Of a stretch of DNA of 64,000 nt, positions 30,406 to 39,880 are shown one piece after another. The stretch is taken from IMG/VR virus record IMGVR_UViG_3300032334_000315, positions 90,690 through 154,689 of that record. One strand, given 5' to 3'. The first letter of the stretch is position 1, and each line of letters opens with the position of its first letter. The position numbers were made by a program, and so were the translations under genes. Source of the DNA: a virus. Under the pieces are notes generated by a model, which was not told the origin of the DNA, made no database searches, and saw nothing but the letters and a program-made list of their open reading frames with translations.

Positions 30406-31449
30406 TTAAGATTGAAATGCAAGGTCGATGCCTATATTAGGATTATATACCGTTGCATTTGGATTTACTGGTTGTTCAGTTTGGAAGCTGGATTCCAAAC
30501 CTATGTTTGGATCAAATGATCCTGCTTTAATTGAACCAGAAAGCATCGACAAATTATCAGAACTTTTAGCTGCTTCTGTTGCGGCGGTAGATGCCGCTTC
30601 GCCGAGTTTACCTGTTGCTTCATCCATACTAGGAAAAGTAGAACCGCCGGTCGCTGCACTAGCTAAATCTGCAAGCGAACTTGGTGCACCAGAAGTGAGA
30701 GACGATAGCACACCACCTAAAGCGCCACCTGCTAATGCGCCACCGAGCGCGCCTAGAACACCACCTTTTGCAGCACCAAGCGCAGCACCGATTAGACCAC
30801 CTAAAGCACCTAATCCATCACCACCAGCACCTACTACGCCAAACGGATGCTTGATAGGTGGTCTTGGTATACTATTTGCTTTTTGTCTAGCATCTTTACT
30901 AGTTACTCGCGGATCTGTATCTCTTTCTTTATCAGCACGACCAGGTAAACCGGTTGAACCATCATCATCTTCTGTTGGATGTACAGATGGATTGCCACCA
31001 ACACCAGAATTGCCACCTCCACCTGGTATTTTTGATACTGCATCCAATAGGCCTGCAACAAGCGCAACCTTCTGTGGTATCGTCATGCTTTTTTGTTTAT
31101 ATTGCATTGACGCTGTTGTCGGTCTTTTGATTACCAACTCACCATATACGTTATCCGAAACTATAATGATATTATTGGTCACATCAATTACACTGGCTTC
31201 AACATCATATTGCCCAGGATATAAAGGCGATGAAAAGTGAAGTTTCCAAACATTTGGTATGACCGATTCATCAATACCAAGATTACCATCAAACAGTTTA
31301 TATGTGATATAATTTACTGTTATGTGGATTGTTTGGTTTTTCTGACGTTCAAAATTGACCTTTCCTGTGAGAATAGGCGTAGGTGTAGTCGTTGACAGTG
31401 GGTTTACGTTGATAAAGTAATCCGCATATGGTGACTGTGTTATTGCCAT
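30406..31449 (-). CDS. Hypothetical protein with an N-terminal Ig-like domain and a Gly/Ala-rich tail
   Basis: TTPTPILTGKV...VWKL...LYPGQYDVEASVID resembles bacterial Ig-like domains. Confidence 0.5.
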   Translation of the reverse strand: MAITQSPYADYFINVNPLSTTTPTPILTGKVNFERQKNQTIHITVNYITYKLFDGNLGIDESVIPNVWKLHFSSPLYPGQYDVEASVIDVTNNIIIVSDNVYGELVIKRPTTASMQYKQKSMTIPQKVALVAGLLDAVSKIPGGGGNSGVGGNPSVHPTEDDDGSTGLPGRADKERDTDPRVTSKDARQKANSIPRPPIKHPFGVVGAGGDGLGALGGLIGAALGAAKGGVLGALGGALAGGALGGVLSSLTSGAPSSLADLASAATGGSTFPSMDEATGKLGEAASTAATEAAKSSDNLSMLSGSIKAGSFDPNIGLESSFQTEQPVNPNATVYNPNIGIDLAFQS

Positions 31450-31835
31450 TATTTTTTAGGTCCTGATCCTGGCGATTGTTTACCTGAACCGCCTTTCTGC
31501 TGAACATGTGGGAATGAACCGACTGCTACAGGATACTGTGCGCCTTCACTGTCCCAAAAAAATCCATATACCTTTGATCCTTCTGTAATGCCTGTCGGCG
31601 AACGACCAACGCCACTGATGGATGCGGATGTCATCGGTGTTGCAACATCACACCATGGCAATTCTTTAGTTGGTAAAACACTTTTGTCTTCCGTGTGATG
31701 CCCATGGATTCTAACTTTCAAACGGCCGAGCTTCAACTCATCTTTTTTACCAGAGAATTGCCCAGTACCACGATCTTCAACAGTGCCAACCCACCACAAA
31801 AGATTTTTACCAAACATGCTTGCTTGTTCTGCCAT
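31449..31835 (-). CDS. gp5: Baseplate spike gp5, stand-alone N-terminal OB-fold
   Basis: WWVGTVEDR, LGRLKVRIHGHHT, LPTKELPW, SASISGVGRSPTG..EGSKVYGFFWD..AQYPVAVGS. Confidence 0.88.
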   Translation of the reverse strand: MAEQASMFGKNLLWWVGTVEDRGTGQFSGKKDELKLGRLKVRIHGHHTEDKSVLPTKELPWCDVATPMTSASISGVGRSPTGITEGSKVYGFFWDSEGAQYPVAVGSFPHVQQKGGSGKQSPGSGPKK

Positions 31836-31847
31836 GACTAAACTCCT

Positions 31848-33110
31848 TTATTTACTATGCGAATCAGATTTGCATTCCAAAACACAGTTGTATTTGAAAT
31901 CTTTGTCATCTTTATATATGATATGGCGAACACTTGTCACTAAAAATACACCAGAGCGATTGTCAAGTTCATTGTTTTCTTGGTTAGATGGAATTTGAAG
32001 CTTCACTTTTATGCCGGGTTTAATTGTTGTGTTGCCTGGAACAAGGACGTTCATCACTAAATTTTCTAGTTGGTTTGCAATTGCAGATTGTGCACCATGC
32101 TCACCAATTGTTCTTTTGTTTTCCGCATCTTTTGGTGAGCGAGAATCAATATATTTGCTTTTTTCACCAGCACCTTTACCAACACCGCCATGTGCAATGT
32201 TGAAGCGGATAACTTTTGTGCCAATAGATCCTTCTGTACCTTTAGATTCGTCTTTTTCTACGATTGCGTTTTTATTCAGTGTTTTTGAATCTTGGCCCTG
32301 TCGTTTGCCACCTGGTACAGAATCCACTTTTCCTGTTAATGGATCATAGATATACTGGTGGTCCGATTCTGCGCCACTATCACTAGCATCTAGGCCATGA
32401 AAATCTTGTTTCTGTTCAAACGAAATTATACGTTTTGATGCGTCACCACCAGAGCCAGTGTTTTGCAAAGCATATGAGAATGTCATAGCTTCAGAACCTT
32501 CAAGCATAGATGCTATCGTTTTGAAGTGGTATCCATCTCTGTCTTGGTAGTAAACATAATTTGAAGCTTTAGCTTTTGCTGATTTAGCTTCTTTGCCAGC
32601 CCAACGAAATACTGTTGTGGGATTACGACCAGTGCCAACGTAGTTCTGTTTACCTTCGCTCTCTTCATTAGTAATCAAGTCTTTTTTGATTGTCTTTGAA
32701 TCTTTGGTGTATATCTCATGGACTTGCTTGACCATGTCAGATAGCTTCATGTCTTTATATGGCTTATCAATTGCCTTTGCGTTGTCGGATGCCATCTCTG
32801 ACGACACGGCTGTGAGCGTGTACATGTCCTGTTTGTCTTTCACGCGCATACGATCACCAACAATAGCCACTTCAAATTTCATTTTGATTTGAGCGCCTGA
32901 TCTGCCACCAAATCCAATCTCAACGTCTTCGCCATTCTTTAAATTGGCGTTTTGACTGAATCCGCTTCCGTCGTTGATAACGATATTACAAGACGCGCTG
33001 GTTGTGTATATGCTTTCAAAATAATCAAGTTGATTTACAATAGCACGAACATCGGTGCCTTTAATTGTGCATGTTGAAAGTAAACCAGCACCAGTTGTTT
33101 GGTCGCTCAT
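31848..33110 (-). CDS. Baseplate hub protein (gp27-like)
   Basis: YFESIY, YVYYQDRDGYHFKTIASM, VPGNTTIKPG...SGVFLVTSVRH; lies between gp53 and gp5. Confidence 0.7.
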   Translation of the reverse strand: MSDQTTGAGLLSTCTIKGTDVRAIVNQLDYFESIYTTSASCNIVINDGSGFSQNANLKNGEDVEIGFGGRSGAQIKMKFEVAIVGDRMRVKDKQDMYTLTAVSSEMASDNAKAIDKPYKDMKLSDMVKQVHEIYTKDSKTIKKDLITNEESEGKQNYVGTGRNPTTVFRWAGKEAKSAKAKASNYVYYQDRDGYHFKTIASMLEGSEAMTFSYALQNTGSGGDASKRIISFEQKQDFHGLDASDSGAESDHQYIYDPLTGKVDSVPGGKRQGQDSKTLNKNAIVEKDESKGTEGSIGTKVIRFNIAHGGVGKGAGEKSKYIDSRSPKDAENKRTIGEHGAQSAIANQLENLVMNVLVPGNTTIKPGIKVKLQIPSNQENNELDNRSGVFLVTSVRHIIYKDDKDFKYNCVLECKSDSHSK

Positions 33111-33694
33111 CGAACGGTAACTCCATCAAAAATATTTGGATGTTGATCTTTAATGAGCAACAAATAGTTCAAATCAAGTAGAAATATCTTTCTACGGTCT
33201 TCATTTAATTCTACTTCGTATTCATATATTGTTTTTGTTTTTCTTTCAAATGCAGCAAGAGATAGATATGTGGTTTCGTCAACAATTAATATTTTTTCTG
33301 GAACAATCCGCTGTGTGCCATTGTCATTCTGAATATACTGCTGCTGGATAATTTTTTCATAGTGGTGGATTGTTATCTGTGTGTATTCAACCGAACCATA
33401 TTTGTCTCTTAGATATGAATCCATTTCTTCATATGATAGAGGCCATTGGAAATATGGATCATGGATTTCATTGACAAGTAAGATTAACCAATCCATAGTC
33501 ACATCACCATAATAATCATATGCAACAGAATCCGCTCGTTCACCATCTTGAACAAAATATGTATCAAATGCAACGCTGCTATTTTTTAAAAAATCAGCAG
33601 CAGAAAACCTACGAGTGATATCCGTAACAGGAATCGACTTCGTGCTATTTGGTATTTTGTACTGAATCGTAGGAAATGGTGTGAAATAAAGCAT
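33107..33694 (-). CDS. gp53: Baseplate wedge protein gp53
   Basis: YFTPFPTIQY, VQDGERADSVAYDYYG...WLILLVNEIHDPYFQWPLS, IHHYE, YEYEVELNEDRRKI. Confidence 0.9.
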   Translation of the reverse strand: MLYFTPFPTIQYKIPNSTKSIPVTDITRRFSAADFLKNSSVAFDTYFVQDGERADSVAYDYYGDVTMDWLILLVNEIHDPYFQWPLSYEEMDSYLRDKYGSVEYTQITIHHYEKIIQQQYIQNDNGTQRIVPEKILIVDETTYLSLAAFERKTKTIYEYEVELNEDRRKIFLLDLNYLLLIKDQHPNIFDGVTVR

Positions 33695-33697
33695 TGA

Positions 33698-34828
33698 TTA
33701 CCTTGGTGGTTGATTTAACATCTGTTCTCTTAGTCTGTTTATACGATCAGAATTAATTGACCCCGGTACATCTCCAAAAACAGCATCTCTCTCGGTTCGA
33801 ACTCTAACCGCTTCTGGATCATTATCAGACCTAAGGTCCGGCTCTCTTATAGCGGAAACTGGACTGCCAGGATTTAAGAATTGCTTTGAGATGATCTCGG
33901 TTTCTTTAAATGTTAGAGACAAAGATACTTCGGCTGGTGCCGGTTCACCACTGCCATCCGCATTTCTGATATAGGCTGCATAAGCTTGTGGATGGTAATC
34001 CACTTTGATGTCAGTGCAAACAGAAGGCCTCATTTTGAAAAGATATGCATCTCTTGCAAATTTAATTTCAAAAAATTCAGGATATTTAAAAAACAAACCA
34101 CCAGCAACGAATTCTGGATGAGAATAATAAGTAAACATGGCTATGATACGGCGGATAATGTCGGACTCTCTTCTATTGCGTGGAGATAGTTTCCAGCTAA
34201 ATGAATGGTCACGAAAATCAACACCGGTAAATAGCACAATCTTATGTGGGTTTTGAGCAATACCACCACCAACTTTTAGTGCAGCACCTAAAGCGTCGCC
34301 CGTTACACCCATGCCGGCTAATCCTGCTTGTGCAATTTTAGCAGCTCCAGTTGTTGCTGCTAAAGCGCCTATACCAGCTAAACCAGCACCAGCAAGTCCT
34401 GCGCCAACCGCAGCTTGCCCAGGTATATCGTTATTGCCATATATTGCTCTATCAAAAGGTTTAAGCGCAGATCCGGCGGCCATATGTAAATCTGGTGTGC
34501 TATATGTTGGATTATAATCAGTTGAAAGATTTGCTGGAAGAGGCAAACGAACTACTCCGCCTGCACCTTCTACGGCACTGCCAAACCCTGTTAGTCCTAA
34601 CGCCGAAAGAGTAGCACCTTCCAATACACCTTTTGTAGGCTTAGCAACAAATTCCATCCAGTTATTATTCATTGCAAGATCACTAGGAAATGAGTTATCA
34701 TCTCCTTTAAAAGGATCACCACCTGTACCACCAATTAAAGACGGATTGGAAACATTATTAGTATTGATTCCTGGCGGTGGACCTGCATTTGCTCTTGATG
34801 CTGCCAAGTCTCTTGCTGTATCTGCCAT
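33698..34828 (-). CDS. gp48: Baseplate tail-tube cap gp48
   Basis: NPHKIVLFTGVDFRDHSFSWKLSPRNRRES..I..II, FKYPEFFEI, LSLTFKETEI. Confidence 0.82.
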   Translation of the reverse strand: MADTARDLAASRANAGPPPGINTNNVSNPSLIGGTGGDPFKGDDNSFPSDLAMNNNWMEFVAKPTKGVLEGATLSALGLTGFGSAVEGAGGVVRLPLPANLSTDYNPTYSTPDLHMAAGSALKPFDRAIYGNNDIPGQAAVGAGLAGAGLAGIGALAATTGAAKIAQAGLAGMGVTGDALGAALKVGGGIAQNPHKIVLFTGVDFRDHSFSWKLSPRNRRESDIIRRIIAMFTYYSHPEFVAGGLFFKYPEFFEIKFARDAYLFKMRPSVCTDIKVDYHPQAYAAYIRNADGSGEPAPAEVSLSLTFKETEIISKQFLNPGSPVSAIREPDLRSDNDPEAVRVRTERDAVFGDVPGSINSDRINRLREQMLNQPPR

Positions 34829-34852
34829 ATTTTGGTATCTCCCTAACCAATC

Positions 34853-34860
34853 TATTTATA
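34853..34860 (-). promoter_or_regulatory. T4-type late promoter TATAAATA
   Basis: Exact consensus 25 nt upstream of the gp48 start. Confidence 0.8.
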
Positions 34861-34877
34861 CGCAATACATAGAGTGC

Positions 34878-35324
34878 ATGAAAGCATATACTGGTCGGTT
34901 TGTACCGAAAAATCCACAGAAATATAAAGGTGATCCTACGAAGATTGTTTACCGATCGTCGTGGGAACTGCGCGTCATGGGATATCTGGACAACAATATC
35001 AACGTCATTCAATGGGCCTCGGAAGAGCTTGCGATTCCGTACAAGTCACCGATAGATGGCAAATGGCACCGATACTTTCCAGACTTCGTGGTTAAGATGC
35101 GTGACAGAGATGGCAAAGTCACAGTGAAGATGCTGGAAGTTAAACCAAAAGCGCAGTCTGTACCGCCTACCATCAAGAAAGGTGTATCAAAGCCAAGTAA
35201 GAAATACTTGAAAGAAGTGATGACTTGGGGCATAAATAGTAGTAAATGGGAAGCTGCAAAGGAATATTGTGCTGACCGCAACTGGCAATTCGTAGTGCTT
35301 ACGGAAAAGGAACTCGGTCTTTAA
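34878..35324 (+). CDS. gp4: Head completion nuclease gp4
   Basis: AYTGRFVPKNPQKYKGDPTKIVYRSSWE, WASEE, HRYFPDF, EVKP; start moved to the ATG at 34878. Confidence 0.92.
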   Translation: MKAYTGRFVPKNPQKYKGDPTKIVYRSSWELRVMGYLDNNINVIQWASEELAIPYKSPIDGKWHRYFPDFVVKMRDRDGKVTVKMLEVKPKAQSVPPTIKKGVSKPSKKYLKEVMTWGINSSKWEAAKEYCADRNWQFVVLTEKELGL

Positions 35325-35926
35325 TGGTCGCATACATCTTCGATAGTCTGATCCATAAGGCTGAGAGTGCTGGTATTAAACGCGACTCCCGCGCATGGTT
35401 TCGTAAGCAAGCGCAGGCCGTCAATGCTAATCCAGCTTTGATGCTTCGCAGTCAAGCAAACAGGTTAACTAATATACCAATGATTGGTCGCATGTACCTG
35501 TTCCGCTATGATCCAAAAACTAAAAACAAACTGCCGTATTATGATAGGTATCCGCTTGTTATTCCAATTGGTACTGGTGGCAAGACTGGTGGTACTGCAT
35601 CATCTGGTGGTTCGTTTCTTGGTTTGAATCTTCACTATCTACCACCGGTGCTGCGAGCAAAGCTGATGGATGCTCTGTACAATGTAGCATCTTCAAAAAC
35701 ATTTGACGACAAGACAAAGCTAAAGATATCTTACGACATCCTTAGCCAAGCATCGCGTTACCGTTTCTTCAAGCCGTGCGTCAAGCGTTACCTGATCTCG
35801 CATGTGCAATCTAAATTTTTCTATATTGAACCCACAGAGTGGGACATGGCTTTGTTTCTTCCGCTTGATAGATTTGTTGGAGCTAGTAGAAATGTTGTCT
35901 ACAAAGACAGCCGAAATAGGATTTAA
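35324..35926 (+). CDS. gp2: DNA end protector protein gp2
   Basis: GRMYLFRYDPKTKNKLPYYDRYPLV, FLGLNLHYLPP..RAKL, KPCVKRYL. Confidence 0.92.
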   Translation: MVAYIFDSLIHKAESAGIKRDSRAWFRKQAQAVNANPALMLRSQANRLTNIPMIGRMYLFRYDPKTKNKLPYYDRYPLVIPIGTGGKTGGTASSGGSFLGLNLHYLPPVLRAKLMDALYNVASSKTFDDKTKLKISYDILSQASRYRFFKPCVKRYLISHVQSKFFYIEPTEWDMALFLPLDRFVGASRNVVYKDSRNRI

Positions 35927-35928
35927 CG

Positions 35929-36666
35929 ATGCCTTTTAATATAGCAGATTTTAACTCTGAGATTGCCAAAACTGGTATTGCAGCAACATCGCACTTTGAA
36001 GCTGTGATAACAAGAGGTCCAGGTGGCAGATCACTAGCACCATATGGCCTTGACCAGGGAATGCGCTTTCGTATTGAGAGCGTCAATTTACCAGGCCGTA
36101 CGCTTACAACATTGGATCAACAATATCATGGTCCTGTTCGCGCAATGCCGTATCGTTTCCAACACCAACCAGTAACATTCACAGTTATTCTCTCGCGTGA
36201 CATGCGCGAGCGCGAAGTGTTTATGAAGTGGCAAGATTTCTTTGTTGGGCATCATCGTACCAATTATAATACCGCTGTAGTTCCAGGTATGTTCGACTCA
36301 AAATATTATGACGATGGCATCGGCGAGATTGAAATTTGGCAATACTCTCAGCCAACACCACAACGATTTCCATCCAATGCACCTAAATCAAATTCATATC
36401 AACAAAGCAATCTATCGCCCGGTGCACAAACTGGTAATCCTTATCTTTCTATGCAAGAACAACCAGATGCTGTTGTGCAAAATCAAATTAGATTTCTGGA
36501 AGCATATCCAAGTTCCGTAAATGATATTGCTATGTCATGGGGCGATGAAGGATATGCAAAACTTCAGGTTGAAATGAGATATAGGACTGTTATTGAAACC
36601 AACAAATCGTTTAGAAATAACACTGCATTTAATCAAGACGCACGTTCAGGATACGGATTCTTTTAA
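35929..36666 (+). CDS. gp54: Baseplate tail-tube initiator gp54 (tube-like fold)
   Basis: ESVNLPGRTLTT, F..WQD, YYDD..GEIEIWQ, EAYPSSV..I.MSW; synteny gp2-gp54-gp26. Confidence 0.7.
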   Translation: MPFNIADFNSEIAKTGIAATSHFEAVITRGPGGRSLAPYGLDQGMRFRIESVNLPGRTLTTLDQQYHGPVRAMPYRFQHQPVTFTVILSRDMREREVFMKWQDFFVGHHRTNYNTAVVPGMFDSKYYDDGIGEIEIWQYSQPTPQRFPSNAPKSNSYQQSNLSPGAQTGNPYLSMQEQPDAVVQNQIRFLEAYPSSVNDIAMSWGDEGYAKLQVEMRYRTVIETNKSFRNNTAFNQDARSGYGFF

Positions 36667-36683
36667 TATAAGTGAGGTAAATT

Positions 36684-37391
36684 ATGGCACTACCGAAATT
36701 GGCTACACCAAAATTTGGATTAGACTTACCATCAAGTGGGCAAAGAATTAATTTTAGGCCGTTTGTTGTGAAAGAGGAAAAGATGTTGCTTATGGCTGCA
36801 TCCGCTGAAGACCAAAACTCTATGATTGACGCTGTGAAAGATGTTATCGCAGCCTGTGTGACGAGCGATATCAATGTGGATAAGCTACCATATTTTGACC
36901 TTGAATATATCTTCCTCAACATTAGAGCGAAGTCAATTGGTGAAATCGTCAAGATGGAATATCGCCACACTGGCGGTGTAAACTATGCAGGCATCGCATG
37001 TGAAGCTGTTACACCAGTTGATATCAATCTTGAAGAAGTGAAGGTCCAAAAAAGTGATAGCCACTCAAGCAGAATTGATCTTGATGGTATTCTTGGTATG
37101 GAAATGAGATATCCTACCATCAGTGATATCAAACAAATTACACAAGGCGACGATGAAATTGAGATGCTGGCTAAATGTATTATGTCGGTATATGACGCAG
37201 AAGAAGTTTACGAACCGGATAATTTGGCTGATTCAATTCAGTTTATTGAAGGCCTCAATAGCGTCCAGTTTGCTAAAGTAATGCAGTTCATTCAGACGAT
37301 TCCAAAGCTAAAGCATTCGTTTAGTTATAAGTGTCGTGGTTGTGGGCAAGAAGATACCGTGACGTTGGAGGGCCTGTCTGATTTTTTTTAA
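36684..37391 (+). CDS. gp26: Baseplate hub assembly protein gp26
   Basis: MALPKL.TP, RPFVVKEEKMLL, FDLEYIFLNIRAKSIGE, MRYPT, C-terminal TLEGLSDFF. Confidence 0.9.
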   Translation: MALPKLATPKFGLDLPSSGQRINFRPFVVKEEKMLLMAASAEDQNSMIDAVKDVIAACVTSDINVDKLPYFDLEYIFLNIRAKSIGEIVKMEYRHTGGVNYAGIACEAVTPVDINLEEVKVQKSDSHSSRIDLDGILGMEMRYPTISDIKQITQGDDEIEMLAKCIMSVYDAEEVYEPDNLADSIQFIEGLNSVQFAKVMQFIQTIPKLKHSFSYKCRGCGQEDTVTLEGLSDFF

Positions 37392-37567
37392 TGGTCCTCT
37401 CTCATAACACACTAATGAACTATTATCAAACCAATTTTTCGCTTATGCAACACCACAAATATTCTCTGAGTGACATTGAAGGAATGATACCCTGGGAGAG
37501 GGATATTTACGTTAAGATGCTACTAGAATACCTTGAGAAACTAAAAGAAGAACGCGAACGAGGATAA
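37391..37567 (+). CDS. gp51: Baseplate hub assembly catalyst gp51 (58 aa, absent from the ORF track)
   Basis: Manual translation: MVLSHNTLMNYYQTNFSLMQHHKYSLSDIEGMIPWERDIYVKMLLEYLEKLKEERERG. Confidence 0.88.
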   Translation: MVLSHNTLMNYYQTNFSLMQHHKYSLSDIEGMIPWERDIYVKMLLEYLEKLKEERERG

Positions 37568-37570
37568 TAA

Positions 37571-39880
37571 ATGGCTAAAAAGCCAGGACCAGTAGCAGGC
37601 AGTTTAGGAAACACCGATTACTATTACAAGAGTGATGGTACGGTTGTGGACGAGAACGGCATTCCCGCGTCTGCGCGAATTTCCGCGATGTTTGCTGCGC
37701 CTGCTCCAGTTGAAGAAGCTGCGGCTGTAGTAGCACCCAAAAGAAAGAAGAAGAATAACGCTCAAATTGCTGGCGTATTGAAGAACACCAAATATTACTA
37801 TGCGCCAGATGGTTCTATCATTGATGACCAAGGCAAACCAGCACCTGATAAGATTGCTGTATATTTTCCACCGCAAGAAAAACGCGAAGCAATTGCAGCA
37901 GCAATGCCAAAAGCACCAGGCATAAAGGCTGCAACTAAAGCAACAGGTGTACCTAGCAAGGTAATCAAACAATTCAACAAAAACATATCCATCGCTACCA
38001 ATCTGATTACCACAAATCAGAAGATAATGGAGTCATATCCAAAACTATTTGAACAGATGAGTGGTGTTGTTCAAAAGATGACAGAGCAAAACGAAACTGT
38101 CATTCGTACCATGATTCAAAATAACCAAGAGTTTCAAGATAAAGTTATTGAGACGCTGACAGGCGCAAAAGCACCAACACAAGCTGGTGGTTCTGTAGCA
38201 CCAAAGCCTGGACGTAAAGGTGCTGGTCGAAAATCACTAAAAGCTTCACGAAGCACCGCGGTTCTTGCGCGGGCGCAGAGAATGAAGCAATCCCGATCTG
38301 CTAGTAACACGAGACTTGGTATAGGTCTTGCCGTTGCTGGTACGGCTGTGGCCGTTGGTGCAGCTTTGATTGCAACTAGTCCAAGCGGTGGTGGCGGTGG
38401 CGCTGGTCCTAGTGGTGAAGCGCCACCAGGTGGAATGTGGCCCAATACGCCAGCATCTGGTAGCAATAAACAAATCCTTGAAACGATAAAAAAACGCGAA
38501 TCTGGTGGTAACTATAACATCCGTTCAAATTCATCTAGTGCATCTGGTGCTTATCAGTTTATTGATAGTACATGGCGTTCACGCGCACAGGCAGCTGGCG
38601 TAGATATACAAAAATATCCACGAGCATTTATGGCTCCACCAGATGTACAAGATAAAGTAGCAGATGTTTATATTTCTGAAGTTCTTCGTCAAAATAATAA
38701 TGACGTATCAAAAATTCCACTTGTTTGGTATACTGGTAATGCTCAAGGTCGCATGTCTGCGAACGCACTGGCTGTCAATAGAGGTTTAACACCACAAGCA
38801 TATCAAGCGTCATGGATGAAAACATACCAGCAAATGGGCGGTAATGTTCAAACTGCGGCGGCACAACAAACAACTCCTACTGCACCAGCTGCACCATCTG
38901 GTGGTCCAACCACCGCATCAACACCAGCATCCGCAACGACAGGTGCACCAGAACGTAGGCCTTCTGCAACGCCAGAAGAAGCTGCAACGCATCAAGCCAA
39001 CGTAACGATGCTAAAAAATATAAACGATCTTGCAGCAAGAAAAGGTCCTGGTGCTAGACTCGGTGAAGCTAATGAAGCAAAGAAAAAAGAGCTAGAAGGG
39101 AAAGTAGCAGCATACAATCAGAAATTTAGTCTTGCACCTATTCAACAAGCTGGTACTGTCCGCCCATTAGATACAACAGGATTGCCGTCTCAGCAACAGG
39201 TACAGACTTCGCTTGCGAGTTTGGGAAATACCGATCTTCAAAAATATAATACCAAAGATCAATCGCACATAGCTGGTCTACAACCAGACTTTGCTGGTAG
39301 ACTTGGGCAGTTTCTCGCAGCGGCTGAGCAAGCTGGTGCACCAATTAAGATTATGTCTGGTTATCGTAGCCCAGAGCGCCAAGCGCAATTGTTTCAAGCG
39401 GCCGTTGCTAAGTATGGTAGCCCAGAAGCTGCGAGAAAGTGGGTAGCACCACCAGGCAAATCAAATCATGGTAGAGGTATTGCGGTAGACTTGCAATATT
39501 CATCTGGGCAAGCGCGAGGATGGGCTCATCAAAATGCAGCTAAGTTTGGTTTGCATTTTAGAATGTCGCATGAGCCATGGCATATTGAGCCACAGGGTGG
39601 TGCAAGTGATGGAGAGTTTACGCCTGGTGCACCTGCTCCAGACTATTATGCTGGTGGTGGTGCAGGTAATAGAATGGCTGGGGCTTCGCAAGACTATGCT
39701 GTGAATCGTGCGTGTGCGTGTCCACCTATGAATACGGCTATCATCAATAGGACTGTCACGAATGATATTAGAACCAATATATTTCAACAGATGGCAGGAC
39801 CAACATATCGCCCACAATCAATGGTCTCACCATTTATGATCGGTGCGGAAATCGGATCTGCTCTTAGAAGGTTATTTTAA
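37571..39880 (+). CDS. Tape-measure-region tail protein with lysozyme-like transglycosylase and M15 (VanY-like) peptidase domains
   Basis: RESGGNYN...ASGAYQFIDSTW; SGYRSPERQ...APPGKSNHGRGIAVDL...HEPWHIE. Confidence 0.8.
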   Translation: MAKKPGPVAGSLGNTDYYYKSDGTVVDENGIPASARISAMFAAPAPVEEAAAVVAPKRKKKNNAQIAGVLKNTKYYYAPDGSIIDDQGKPAPDKIAVYFPPQEKREAIAAAMPKAPGIKAATKATGVPSKVIKQFNKNISIATNLITTNQKIMESYPKLFEQMSGVVQKMTEQNETVIRTMIQNNQEFQDKVIETLTGAKAPTQAGGSVAPKPGRKGAGRKSLKASRSTAVLARAQRMKQSRSASNTRLGIGLAVAGTAVAVGAALIATSPSGGGGGAGPSGEAPPGGMWPNTPASGSNKQILETIKKRESGGNYNIRSNSSSASGAYQFIDSTWRSRAQAAGVDIQKYPRAFMAPPDVQDKVADVYISEVLRQNNNDVSKIPLVWYTGNAQGRMSANALAVNRGLTPQAYQASWMKTYQQMGGNVQTAAAQQTTPTAPAAPSGGPTTASTPASATTGAPERRPSATPEEAATHQANVTMLKNINDLAARKGPGARLGEANEAKKKELEGKVAAYNQKFSLAPIQQAGTVRPLDTTGLPSQQQVQTSLASLGNTDLQKYNTKDQSHIAGLQPDFAGRLGQFLAAAEQAGAPIKIMSGYRSPERQAQLFQAAVAKYGSPEAARKWVAPPGKSNHGRGIAVDLQYSSGQARGWAHQNAAKFGLHFRMSHEPWHIEPQGGASDGEFTPGAPAPDYYAGGGAGNRMAGASQDYAVNRACACPPMNTAIINRTVTNDIRTNIFQQMAGPTYRPQSMVSPFMIGAEIGSALRRLF

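Noticed and set aside
30428-31240. Long plus-strand ORF (270 aa) and many similar antisense ORFs across 10-57 kb
   Set aside because: They lie opposite well-supported genes, lack RBS or motifs, and are expected shadows of biased codon usage
34746-34877. N-terminal extension of gp4 in the ORF track
   Set aside because: It overlaps gp48 and its promoter; homology starts at MKAYTG (34878)
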